IMG/VR virus record: IMGVR_UViG_3300023181_000025
Span: 1-64,000 of that record
Length of the DNA stretch: 64,000 nt
Direction: 5' to 3' (one strand)
The notes beneath the pieces were generated by a model. It was not told the origin of the DNA. It saw nothing but the letters and a program-made list of their open reading frames with translations, and did no database searches. The translations under genes and the position numbers were made by a program. Of the stretch, positions 56,851-64,000 are shown piece after piece (the stretch's first letter is position 1; each line of letters opens with the position of its first letter).

Positions 56851-57815
56851 GCCGGACAGCCCAAATAAAGCTTTTCCTCTATTGTATCCCCTTCTTTCAT
56901 TTTGTCAACCATATCCTGTTCTATTTTGGATGTCCCAATTATCTTCCCCTCTTTATTTTTAAGCTCGTAATATACGAATGGATATTTTAATGAGCAAACC
57001 CAAGCTGGAGACCCATCTTTTTTAAGAGCACCCTTTTCTTTTCCACATAAAAAATAGCTATCATTAAATCTAGCAAAATTAGAAGTAGCCTTTTTGGTAT
57101 TAAAATCTTTTAAATATAAGTATATTTCAGAAAGATAAACCTCGAAGCCTTTGAGGTGCTTGTCGGTAAACTTAAATCTTTGCCATGGGTCTTTAGGAAA
57201 TTTAAGAAAAAGGAAATTTACATCGACTTCTTCTAAATCAAGTTCTTTCCATAAAGCTAAAGCATACATAAGACCTTGAACGTTAAAATCCTTGTCTTTC
57301 CCTGTAAATTTTGCTTTACTGGTTTTATAGTCATCAACTCGACCTTTCTTTCCGCAGCAAGAGATCGCGTTTTTATCAATAAAGCCTAAAATTTTATATT
57401 CAGGGTTTTCTGATTCAATTTGAAATTTCTTTTCCGGTTTTTGAAGTTCCCAAAACTTTTCTCCATTGTGGTTTGGATCTTGAACTTCTTGGCAGAAATA
57501 ATCTGCTTTTAAACCCGTGGAAATGAAACCCTTGATCAGTTTCAGGTTCGCATCGTCGTCAACTTGCAAAATCTTTGCATGTTTAAGAACTAAACGCCAA
57601 ACGGAAGGGATTGAGTCAGTTCCATTCGCAACAATTTCAACAATATATTTTTGATGGCGAGGGTTTAATAATACTTCTAAAATTAAATGGCAAATGGTTC
57701 CCCGTTTTGCTCCATCATTAGACCCATCAATATCTCTAAGACCAAGGTGATACTGTGCATGGTAAAGCCATGAACAGGTATTGTATGTTTTTATTCTAGA
57801 GGCGCTTAAGAACAT
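56832..57815 (-). CDS. PD-(D/E)XK exonuclease (Cas4/AddB-like)
   Basis: LSASRI..Y..C, GTICHLILE, GFID, VDDYKT, QGLMYALA, C-terminal cysteines. Confidence 0.85.
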   Translation of the reverse strand: MFLSASRIKTYNTCSWLYHAQYHLGLRDIDGSNDGAKRGTICHLILEVLLNPRHQKYIVEIVANGTDSIPSVWRLVLKHAKILQVDDDANLKLIKGFISTGLKADYFCQEVQDPNHNGEKFWELQKPEKKFQIESENPEYKILGFIDKNAISCCGKKGRVDDYKTSKAKFTGKDKDFNVQGLMYALALWKELDLEEVDVNFLFLKFPKDPWQRFKFTDKHLKGFEVYLSEIYLYLKDFNTKKATSNFARFNDSYFLCGKEKGALKKDGSPAWVCSLKYPFVYYELKNKEGKIIGTSKIEQDMVDKMKEGDTIEEKLYLGCPAWMNLK

Positions 57816-59065
57816 GCGGGGCGAGAGTATATAATAGATTCTAATCCATCTTCTTTATCGAAAATAAACCCTTGACCAACTCTAATGTTCCCAACATAGC
57901 CTCTATCATAATGATAAACATCATTCCCAGAAAGAGAAGGAACAACCCTAACTTTGACTCCATTAAACTCTTTAACAATCTCATGATGAAGGTGCCCAAC
58001 TCTAATTTCTCTATATTTTGAATTAGCCCAAAGAGCGGGCTCTTCTGTTGCTGCAATTAGAGGTAGCTTTTCCATTTTTTCTTTATCTCCATGTGTATAA
58101 AGAATTAAATTTTCTCCATAGGAATAATATTTGCGAGATTTAATTCCGTTGTCAACCGTTACATTTTCATCGTTATGATACCAACATTCCAAGGCGTCTC
58201 CGATATGGAACATTCCGTTCGAATCGTGATTACCACATACCACAACTACATCTACTGGAGCATATATTTTTAAAGTATCTATGGCTTGAATAAGTAGCTT
58301 CCGGCCTTCTCTGAAGATGAATGGGAACGTGGAGTCACAATCTTGTGGTGTTCCTGCCGTTGTCGTCCTAAATGAATTATCTACATTAAGGTAATCGTTA
58401 CCCACGGGGAAACAAATTCTGTCTATCTTGCCGCCTTTAAGTGTTTTCTGAACAATGTCAACTAAAGCTTCTAGATATAGCTTTTTTGCAATCTCAATTG
58501 AATAATTATTTCCGACTTGATCCTTAAATCCAAGCTTTCCTAAATGAAGGTCAAATAAACAAATTTCAAGTAAACGTGATCCATCGTTTTTCGCACTTAC
58601 ATGAATTCGTGGAACTTTTAGTGAGGATTTCTTTAAATCTTCTTTAAGATCGTCAATGTTTATACGGGTTTTTTTTGAGATTTTACGCTCTAAATATGCT
58701 TTTACTTGAGAAAAAATAACTACTCCATCACAAGTATTCGCAGGCCATGAATTGGGCCTGAACGACTTAACTTCCCAATCTTCTTTATTTATATTGCAGC
58801 GATCAAGAAGCTCATCCAAGGTTTTCAGGCCGTAATGCTTTGCGTTTATCTCAATGTTATCATCGTCTAGGTCTATCGCAGAAATCTCTTCTTCGCTCGT
58901 TTCTTTATAATCTAGATTTTTAATTTCATTAAAATTTTGATTAACTTGGGTTTTCCCCAGCCCCGTATTGCTACGGATGTAATTTTTAATCGTTACTGTA
59001 TTCTCTCCTATTTTCAGGAGATGTTTTACAGTTTTAATTATTATATTATCAATTTTTGGACTCAT
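57806..59065 (-). CDS. Calcineurin-like metallophosphoesterase/nuclease
   Basis: DLHLGK, GND, GNHD, THGD, GHLHHE. Confidence 0.85.
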   Translation of the reverse strand: MSPKIDNIIIKTVKHLLKIGENTVTIKNYIRSNTGLGKTQVNQNFNEIKNLDYKETSEEEISAIDLDDDNIEINAKHYGLKTLDELLDRCNINKEDWEVKSFRPNSWPANTCDGVVIFSQVKAYLERKISKKTRINIDDLKEDLKKSSLKVPRIHVSAKNDGSRLLEICLFDLHLGKLGFKDQVGNNYSIEIAKKLYLEALVDIVQKTLKGGKIDRICFPVGNDYLNVDNSFRTTTAGTPQDCDSTFPFIFREGRKLLIQAIDTLKIYAPVDVVVVCGNHDSNGMFHIGDALECWYHNDENVTVDNGIKSRKYYSYGENLILYTHGDKEKMEKLPLIAATEEPALWANSKYREIRVGHLHHEIVKEFNGVKVRVVPSLSGNDVYHYDRGYVGNIRVGQGFIFDKEDGLESIIYSRPACS

Positions 59066-59951
59066 TTAATTGTTCGATTATACTTTCTTTTGGGGTCATT
59101 CCCCAATCGTTCAATTGAGGTAGTTTGATTGATATCATATCATCATTTACAAGTAGGGTCAAGCTTTTTCGAATTTTTTCGGCTCCTTGTAGCCCCCAAT
59201 TTTGCTCTGAATCGAAATCGTTATTTGTTGATATTATTATTTCTCCGCCTAGAGCCGAAAGAAAGTTTACTAGTTTAGGACTTATGTTTGTTCCAAATGT
59301 AACAATTACATTAAAAAATCCAGCGTTTCTTAATGCAAGCATGTCTCCTATACTTTCGACCAGATAAACCCTTTTTTCCTCTAGGATATGGTCTATGGCA
59401 CAAAGAGGGTAGATCCATTCTCTGCTAAATCCTATTTTTTTCCACTTAGCCTCACGACTTAACAAGTCTCGTCCGGTCAGCCCGATAATATCATCATATT
59501 CATCCCTAATTACAAAAACAAATCGGTTATTTAGTCTTCCAGACATTTGTAAGCCACATTCTAAGCCTTTTAAAATCTTTTCGTCTATATTCCTTTTGTC
59601 ACTAGTATAAAAAGAGTAGTTAGGCAACAGATCGTAAACATCTACGGGGTTTATTTTACTTTTTGTTTTTAGCTTAGGCTTTTTATATACATATTCTACA
59701 AAAAGCTCGTTATTGTTAAGCCACTTGTCGGCTTCTTTATAAGTTTCTAAATTTAGGGTGAGTTTAACTAAATGTTTCAGCCCTCCCTTTTCTCCGCTCA
59801 CAAAGTCATTGAAATAACCTGTTTCCTTATTTATTCTGAGGGCATTATTATTATCCCCTTGCCTATAAATAGCTTGTGCCCGCCAATATTTTGAATTCTC
59901 GGTTTTGAGATTGTATCCTAATTTAGATAAAACTTCTTCTATGTTGTTCAA
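59049..59951 (-). CDS. dnaG: DNA primase (Toprim)
   Basis: RFVFVI...IIGLTGR, LVESIGD..AL, STNND; N-terminal CHC2-like region without Cys. Confidence 0.85.
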   Translation of the reverse strand: MNNIEEVLSKLGYNLKTENSKYWRAQAIYRQGDNNNALRINKETGYFNDFVSGEKGGLKHLVKLTLNLETYKEADKWLNNNELFVEYVYKKPKLKTKSKINPVDVYDLLPNYSFYTSDKRNIDEKILKGLECGLQMSGRLNNRFVFVIRDEYDDIIGLTGRDLLSREAKWKKIGFSREWIYPLCAIDHILEEKRVYLVESIGDMLALRNAGFFNVIVTFGTNISPKLVNFLSALGGEIIISTNNDFDSEQNWGLQGAEKIRKSLTLLVNDDMISIKLPQLNDWGMTPKESIIEQLNESKN

Positions 59952-61459
59952 AGTAATTCCTCTCTTTCGATTTCTTTATCTTTATCCCCATAAGAGGATT
60001 TTTTTCGACCTCTTTTTGGTTTGTCCTCGTCTGGTTCTTCTAGGTCAATTTGTTTCTTTAGATGCTCTATAACATCAGCCCTTGTTCCGGCCTCTTTCAT
60101 TGCGAAATTCTTAACAGAGATATTTAACCAATTTGGATTCCAAACCGTTCCCTTTTCCTTTTCTTGTTTAACAAACTCTTCTTCTTCCCAGTCAGCCCCT
60201 TGATTTCTCAGGGCAAACGGCTGAATCACATGGGTTCCAAATTGATCCCCGTGTTCCGCAAGCTCTTCGGACGTTTTCCGTCTAAATAGATAAATATTTG
60301 ATGCAAACCACTTAATCCGCTGAGACATTGCTACATCATTTGCTGCGTTACTTTGCACCGCTGCAACCCCGCACAATCCAAGTTCAGCCATAAGGTGCTT
60401 AAGAGTGTCGCATTTTTCCCCCATGACTTGATATTCTTTGTTGGAATCATCAATTTTTTCACCAGTTATTTTTAAGTAATCATAAATAACAACGCATTCG
60501 TCATCTGGATCTGTGTGAACAGCTTTCCATCTTTTGATAATTCTACAAACCTTATCAATCGGTATATTCGCTACGTATCTATGATAAATTTTTCCTTTAC
60601 GAGCAGAGAACTTGGGAAACTGGCTTGTAACCTTTTCTACCATTTCGGAGCTTTTGGCCCATTTACCATCTTTAATGTAGCACTCATTTACTTGGGACAT
60701 AGAAGCCACCTTCCGGGTTCTTACCCGGAAAGATTCAAGTTCAGTGTCTAAAATCAGAACTTTAATTTTTTTGTCTTTATTTGCAAGAATAAAGGGCGCG
60801 TCGGCTATCCAGTTTAAAATAGTGGACTTTCCGGTTTTCGGCGGAGCGACAATGACATGAAAATCCCCTTTAGTTAATGGTCCCCACCATCTATTCCAAG
60901 TCTTGAAAGGCAAATAAACACCCTCTGGGGTCTCTCTCTCAGCAATGTTCTCAACCATTTCATCAAGCCCCTCGTATACGTCTACAAAGGTGTCATCGTC
61001 CTCTTCAGAGGCTGTTGAAGATAGGGCCATCCCCTTCTCCATTGCTGCAATGATCGTCGAAATTGGCTGATTTAAATTACTGTGAATTTCTTTAATAGTA
61101 TTTTGACAGCTAATTACGCCCGCTCTAGCAATTTTATATTTATAGCATTCTTTAAAATAGGTGTCGATTTTATCTTCCGTAACGGAGTTCATCCTTACAA
61201 TTGTTCGAATATAGTCAGGAATATCCGTCCCGTCTTGACTGGCAAGACCAATGTTTGTTACGTGATTAGCTAAGATAGTTATATCGACAGTTTTCTTGTT
61301 CTTAAACTCGTGCCTGATTGAGCCTAATATTATTTTATGAACATCGTTATGAACAAGGTCATCTCCAAGCCGTTCTAGATAATCTGGAATAACTTGAGGA
61401 TGTTTAATTATAGATGCGAGAAAAACTCGCTCAATTTCATAGGATGCTGGTATTTTCAT
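59948..61459 (-). CDS. dnaB: Replicative helicase
   Basis: IERVFLASII N-terminus, APPKTGKS, LDTEL, IYDYLK, AVQSN. Confidence 0.9.
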   Translation of the reverse strand: MKIPASYEIERVFLASIIKHPQVIPDYLERLGDDLVHNDVHKIILGSIRHEFKNKKTVDITILANHVTNIGLASQDGTDIPDYIRTIVRMNSVTEDKIDTYFKECYKYKIARAGVISCQNTIKEIHSNLNQPISTIIAAMEKGMALSSTASEEDDDTFVDVYEGLDEMVENIAERETPEGVYLPFKTWNRWWGPLTKGDFHVIVAPPKTGKSTILNWIADAPFILANKDKKIKVLILDTELESFRVRTRKVASMSQVNECYIKDGKWAKSSEMVEKVTSQFPKFSARKGKIYHRYVANIPIDKVCRIIKRWKAVHTDPDDECVVIYDYLKITGEKIDDSNKEYQVMGEKCDTLKHLMAELGLCGVAAVQSNAANDVAMSQRIKWFASNIYLFRRKTSEELAEHGDQFGTHVIQPFALRNQGADWEEEEFVKQEKEKGTVWNPNWLNISVKNFAMKEAGTRADVIEHLKKQIDLEEPDEDKPKRGRKKSSYGDKDKEIEREELL

Positions 61460-61811
61460 TTAGTAGTCGCTCTTTAAAAGAGAGGGTGCGGGAAGTTGTT
61501 CTAGTATACTCTGGATTGTCGAAGTTAACAACAGTTTTCTTCGTTTTCGATCTTGTTAATCTTTCAAGGCTCGCGTTAATTTCTTTTATGCCGTTTTCGG
61601 TATTAAAAAAGGCCATAGAATTTAAACTATAGCCTAAAACCATAAAAACCCATATTTCTTTTGGGTATTTCATAGATAGGGCGTTTAAAATTTTTATTTC
61701 GCGCGCCCAGTTTATTTTTTCTGGTTTTACAAATTTTAATATTGCGAACTCTTTTTCTTCTTTAGTCAGGGTGCTCGTCGTCTTCTCCATCTTCTTCATT
61801 TTCGGTTTCAA
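61437..61811 (-). CDS. Hypothetical protein
   Basis: ORF in replication operon. Confidence 0.55.
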   Translation of the reverse strand: MKPKMKKMEKTTSTLTKEEKEFAILKFVKPEKINWAREIKILNALSMKYPKEIWVFMVLGYSLNSMAFFNTENGIKEINASLERLTRSKTKKTVVNFDNPEYTRTTSRTLSFKERLLNENTSIL

Positions 61812-62037
61812 ATGCTTCTGATTCGTAAAAATTCAGGCTTTCAATTTCGTCCACAGTTCTTAAAGTTTCAAGGAAATTCTCAGTTTTTTTTAGAATGGCT
61901 AAGTAAGCCATTTCATGATCAAAATCGGCATGGGTTTGAACATTGCCGTCCATATCTATTCTAACAAATAAATACCCTCCCGCTGTATGTTCCTCTAAAG
62001 CTGCTCTCATCTCACTGGGTAATTGATTTTTATTCAT
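61762..62037 (-). CDS. Hypothetical acidic protein
   Basis: ATGA-coupled ORF. Confidence 0.6.
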   Translation of the reverse strand: MNKNQLPSEMRAALEEHTAGGYLFVRIDMDGNVQTHADFDHEMAYLAILKKTENFLETLRTVDEIESLNFYESEAFETENEEDGEDDEHPD

Positions 62038-62441
62038 ATGACGCCTTGTTCCTGTAAAAATTCTTTGGTTAGTGGAAGGTCTTCAGGATAGATCTCCACC
62101 ATTGTCCAGCCATTGGCTTCGCAATATTTTTTCTTTTCCATATCTCTCTCAATCTGAGCATAGAAATTCATTTTATTTCCTTTGTGGAAATGTTTGTTTG
62201 GTGTTCTGTGTTGTTCACCCTGAATTTCTATTGCAACCTTATATGTAAGGTTTAAAAGATCAATGGTCATTCGAGTTCCGGCGACAGGAAACTCTTCATA
62301 TACAATATGGTTTTTCCAAAATGGGTATAGGAAAAATTTAACTGAATCTTGAAACTTACTGCGGGTTTTCTTATTCCATTTAATTAAATATTTTGAAACG
62401 GCCTTTTCTATTTTGTTTCCTTGGGGGGTGTAAAGGATCAC
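62034..62441 (-). CDS. DUF559/Vsr-like endonuclease
   Basis: EEFP...IDL....VAIEIQGEQH...RDMEKKKYC..NGW. Confidence 0.75.
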   Translation of the reverse strand: MILYTPQGNKIEKAVSKYLIKWNKKTRSKFQDSVKFFLYPFWKNHIVYEEFPVAGTRMTIDLLNLTYKVAIEIQGEQHRTPNKHFHKGNKMNFYAQIERDMEKKKYCEANGWTMVEIYPEDLPLTKEFLQEQGVI

Positions 62442-63631
62442 AGATTTTCCTCTTCTTGAATTTCTATTTCTTCGTCAGAAGAAAGATCTATTTCATCGTT
62501 TGAAGCAAACTCGTTTAGATATTTTTTAATAGTAGGAAAAATGTCTGGTCTTGCCAAGAATACATTGCACTTGTTTTCTCCATTAACTTTATCTGGAAAA
62601 TCAAGTCCTCTTGCTCTCATTTCTTCTACGAAATAAGGCGAAAACTCATTGGCTGCTTTCTTAACCGTTAGAAGCCCATAACTAATAAGCATTCCTCTAA
62701 CCTCTAGTTCCGACCAAATGGCAGACCCATTTTTAACTTTATACTTAACTGGATATCTAACAGTCAAGCCAGTAGATTCATTTTCGCTCTTTCTGATCGT
62801 TACTTTGCACCAATGGCCAATTGTATTATTGGTTTCAAAATCCAACTTAACTTCTTTTTCTCCATTTTTGGTAATATAGTCAGATTTATTACGAGGCCTA
62901 TATTCCATAGAGATATTAGAGAAGTGGATTTGTGCATTCCCCCCTGAACCCCCAACACTAAGCTGGTCTTTAACATCATACTTAGGGGCAATGTGAGCAC
63001 TAACTTGAGCGATTAGAACGAGAACATGGCCGAAAGTGGCAATTGGAAGGCCTACTTGTTTTAAAAGTCTCTTTGTTAAGACTTGTGGTCCGGCAACCTT
63101 AACGCTTTCGTCTCCGTCAAAAGATTTCTTTACGTCCGCCTTTAGAATAAGGCCGTCCATACTATCAATTACAATAAGAAATTTAAAATCTTCCGGATTG
63201 TCTGTAACTAAATCGAAAATTAGTTGAGCAAGACTATCAAAAATATTTGACTTTAGAACTAGGCAGGTGCCTACATCCCATTTCGAGAAGTCTTCGGTAA
63301 ACTTAATTCCACAACGAGCCTTCATCTTTTCTGACAGCCTTCCCTCGGCTTTAATATAAAGAACTTTAGAGCGAGGAACAACTTCTAAAAAGTTCGCAGC
63401 CTCCTCTAGGGTGCTGGCGGATTTGCCGCCTTCAGAACTCCCTGATTTTCTTATGATTCCCGGACCATACCCGCCATCTAACGCGGCGTCTAGCTTAATG
63501 CTTCCACTAGAATACTTATAGGTAAAATCTTGAATTCCATTGTAATGGTCCTCCTTATGCTTTTCTCCATACCTTTCGATAACAGACTTAATCTTTGGTT
63601 TGGATTCTTTTTCTTCTTTAGTTTTTGCCAT
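62438..63631 (-). CDS. recA: RecA-like recombinase
   Basis: SSGSIKLDAALDGG, GSSEGGKS, YIKAEG, IVIDS, IAQ, GGNAQIHF. Confidence 0.85.
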   Translation of the reverse strand: MAKTKEEKESKPKIKSVIERYGEKHKEDHYNGIQDFTYKYSSGSIKLDAALDGGYGPGIIRKSGSSEGGKSASTLEEAANFLEVVPRSKVLYIKAEGRLSEKMKARCGIKFTEDFSKWDVGTCLVLKSNIFDSLAQLIFDLVTDNPEDFKFLIVIDSMDGLILKADVKKSFDGDESVKVAGPQVLTKRLLKQVGLPIATFGHVLVLIAQVSAHIAPKYDVKDQLSVGGSGGNAQIHFSNISMEYRPRNKSDYITKNGEKEVKLDFETNNTIGHWCKVTIRKSENESTGLTVRYPVKYKVKNGSAIWSELEVRGMLISYGLLTVKKAANEFSPYFVEEMRARGLDFPDKVNGENKCNVFLARPDIFPTIKKYLNEFASNDEIDLSSDEEIEIQEEENL

Positions 63632-63632
63632 G

Positions 63633-63836
63633 TTATAAATTTTCTTTTCTTATTTTGTAAAACGGGCATTCCTCACAATGCTCTTCATTCAAATCCTCTA
63701 TATTCCTATAGAAGCACAAGTATGCCATATGGAGGGTATCTTTGCAACAAGAAAATTCTCCAACCTCAACTTCTTCAAAGCTCCTATATTTACAGGAATG
63801 AAACTTTTCTTTTCCAGATAATTCTTCATTAGCCAT
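63633..63836 (-). CDS. Small Cys-rich protein
   Basis: Probable start ATG 63836 (MANEEL); CKY...CC...C...CEECPFY. Confidence 0.6.
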   Translation of the reverse strand: MANEELSGKEKFHSCKYRSFEEVEVGEFSCCKDTLHMAYLCFYRNIEDLNEEHCEECPFYKIRKENL

Positions 63837-64000
63837 TTTGGGATAATGCACTTTCTACCATTTCTTTTACAAGTTTATCAAAATCATATTCGGGCTTCCA
63901 TCCCATATCTTTTCGAATAAGGTCGCTACTCCCTACGTTCTTAATCGTAGACTCGGAGGGTCGAAAAAACTTAGGATTTATTTTTACAAATATTATTTCT
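63829..64000 (-). CDS. gmd: GDP-mannose 4,6-dehydratase, 3' end only (truncated by window; not in ORF track)
   Basis: Hand translation ...VKINPKFFRPSE....VGSS..IRKDMGWKPEYDFDKLVKEMV...* matches the Gmd C-terminal FFRP.E...G......LGW.P...F..LV.EMV signature. Confidence 0.75.
   Translation of the reverse strand, partial: EIIFVKINPKFFRPSESTIKNVGSSDLIRKDMGWKPEYDFDKLVKEMVESALSQNG

Noticed and set aside
56832-57815. CRISPR-Cas locus suggested by the Cas4-like nuclease
   Set aside because: No repeat-spacer array or other cas genes; stand-alone PD-(D/E)XK nucleases are common in phage replication modules.
59049-59951. Primase as pseudogene because the CHC2 zinc ligands are missing
   Set aside because: The ORF is intact with Toprim motifs; Zn-less N-terminal domains are plausible in phage primases.
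1-64000. Alternative genetic code or stop-codon reassignment
   Set aside because: Standard-code ORFs tile the window densely and core genes are full length.
1-64000. tRNA genes, integrase/att site, reverse transcriptase or diversity-generating retroelement
   Set aside because: No cloverleaf, recombinase or RT motifs, and no template/variable repeat pair was seen by eye; a dedicated scan could still find a small RNA.

Overview
This window is a 64-kb slice of a large tailed dsDNA bacteriophage genome (Caudoviricetes). It is probably siphovirus-like: there is a tail tube and a 1950-aa tape measure, but no sheath gene is recognisable. No integrase, tRNA or CRISPR array is seen. Layout: (1) 1-3.1 kb, a putative early region with a GC-richer DUF932 gene, small ORFs and a cluster of sigma54-type -24/-12 boxes. 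(2) 3.1-7.7 kb (minus), a repeat-containing tail-fibre-like gene and a GT25-pyruvyltransferase fusion. (3) 7.7-13.5 kb, putative lysis genes (u-spanin-like, TM+PAS protein), PhoH, a phage ECF-like sigma factor and an ERCC4 nuclease. (4) 13.5-42 kb, intein-containing terminase, portal, protease/scaffold, capsid, neck, tail tube, tape measure and tail-tip genes, preceded by a conserved TTCWCA-N14/15-TGTAA promoter-like motif. (5) 42-52 kb, glycosyltransferase, methyltransferase, pyruvyltransferase and phosphatase genes. (6) 52-64 kb (minus), a replication module: Whirly-like SSB, DNA polymerase III alpha split over three ORFs, primase, DnaB, RecA and the 3' end of GDP-mannose 4,6-dehydratase. 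The best candidates for undescribed biology are a phage-encoded glycan-building pathway with pyruvylation and methylation next to a Ser/Asp/Gly-rich virion protein, the head-to-head sigma54 boxes, the Cys-rich sigma factor with its candidate late promoter, and a PAS-domain holin-like protein beside a coiled-coil u-spanin candidate. All protein calls come from motif recognition by eye; no searches were run.
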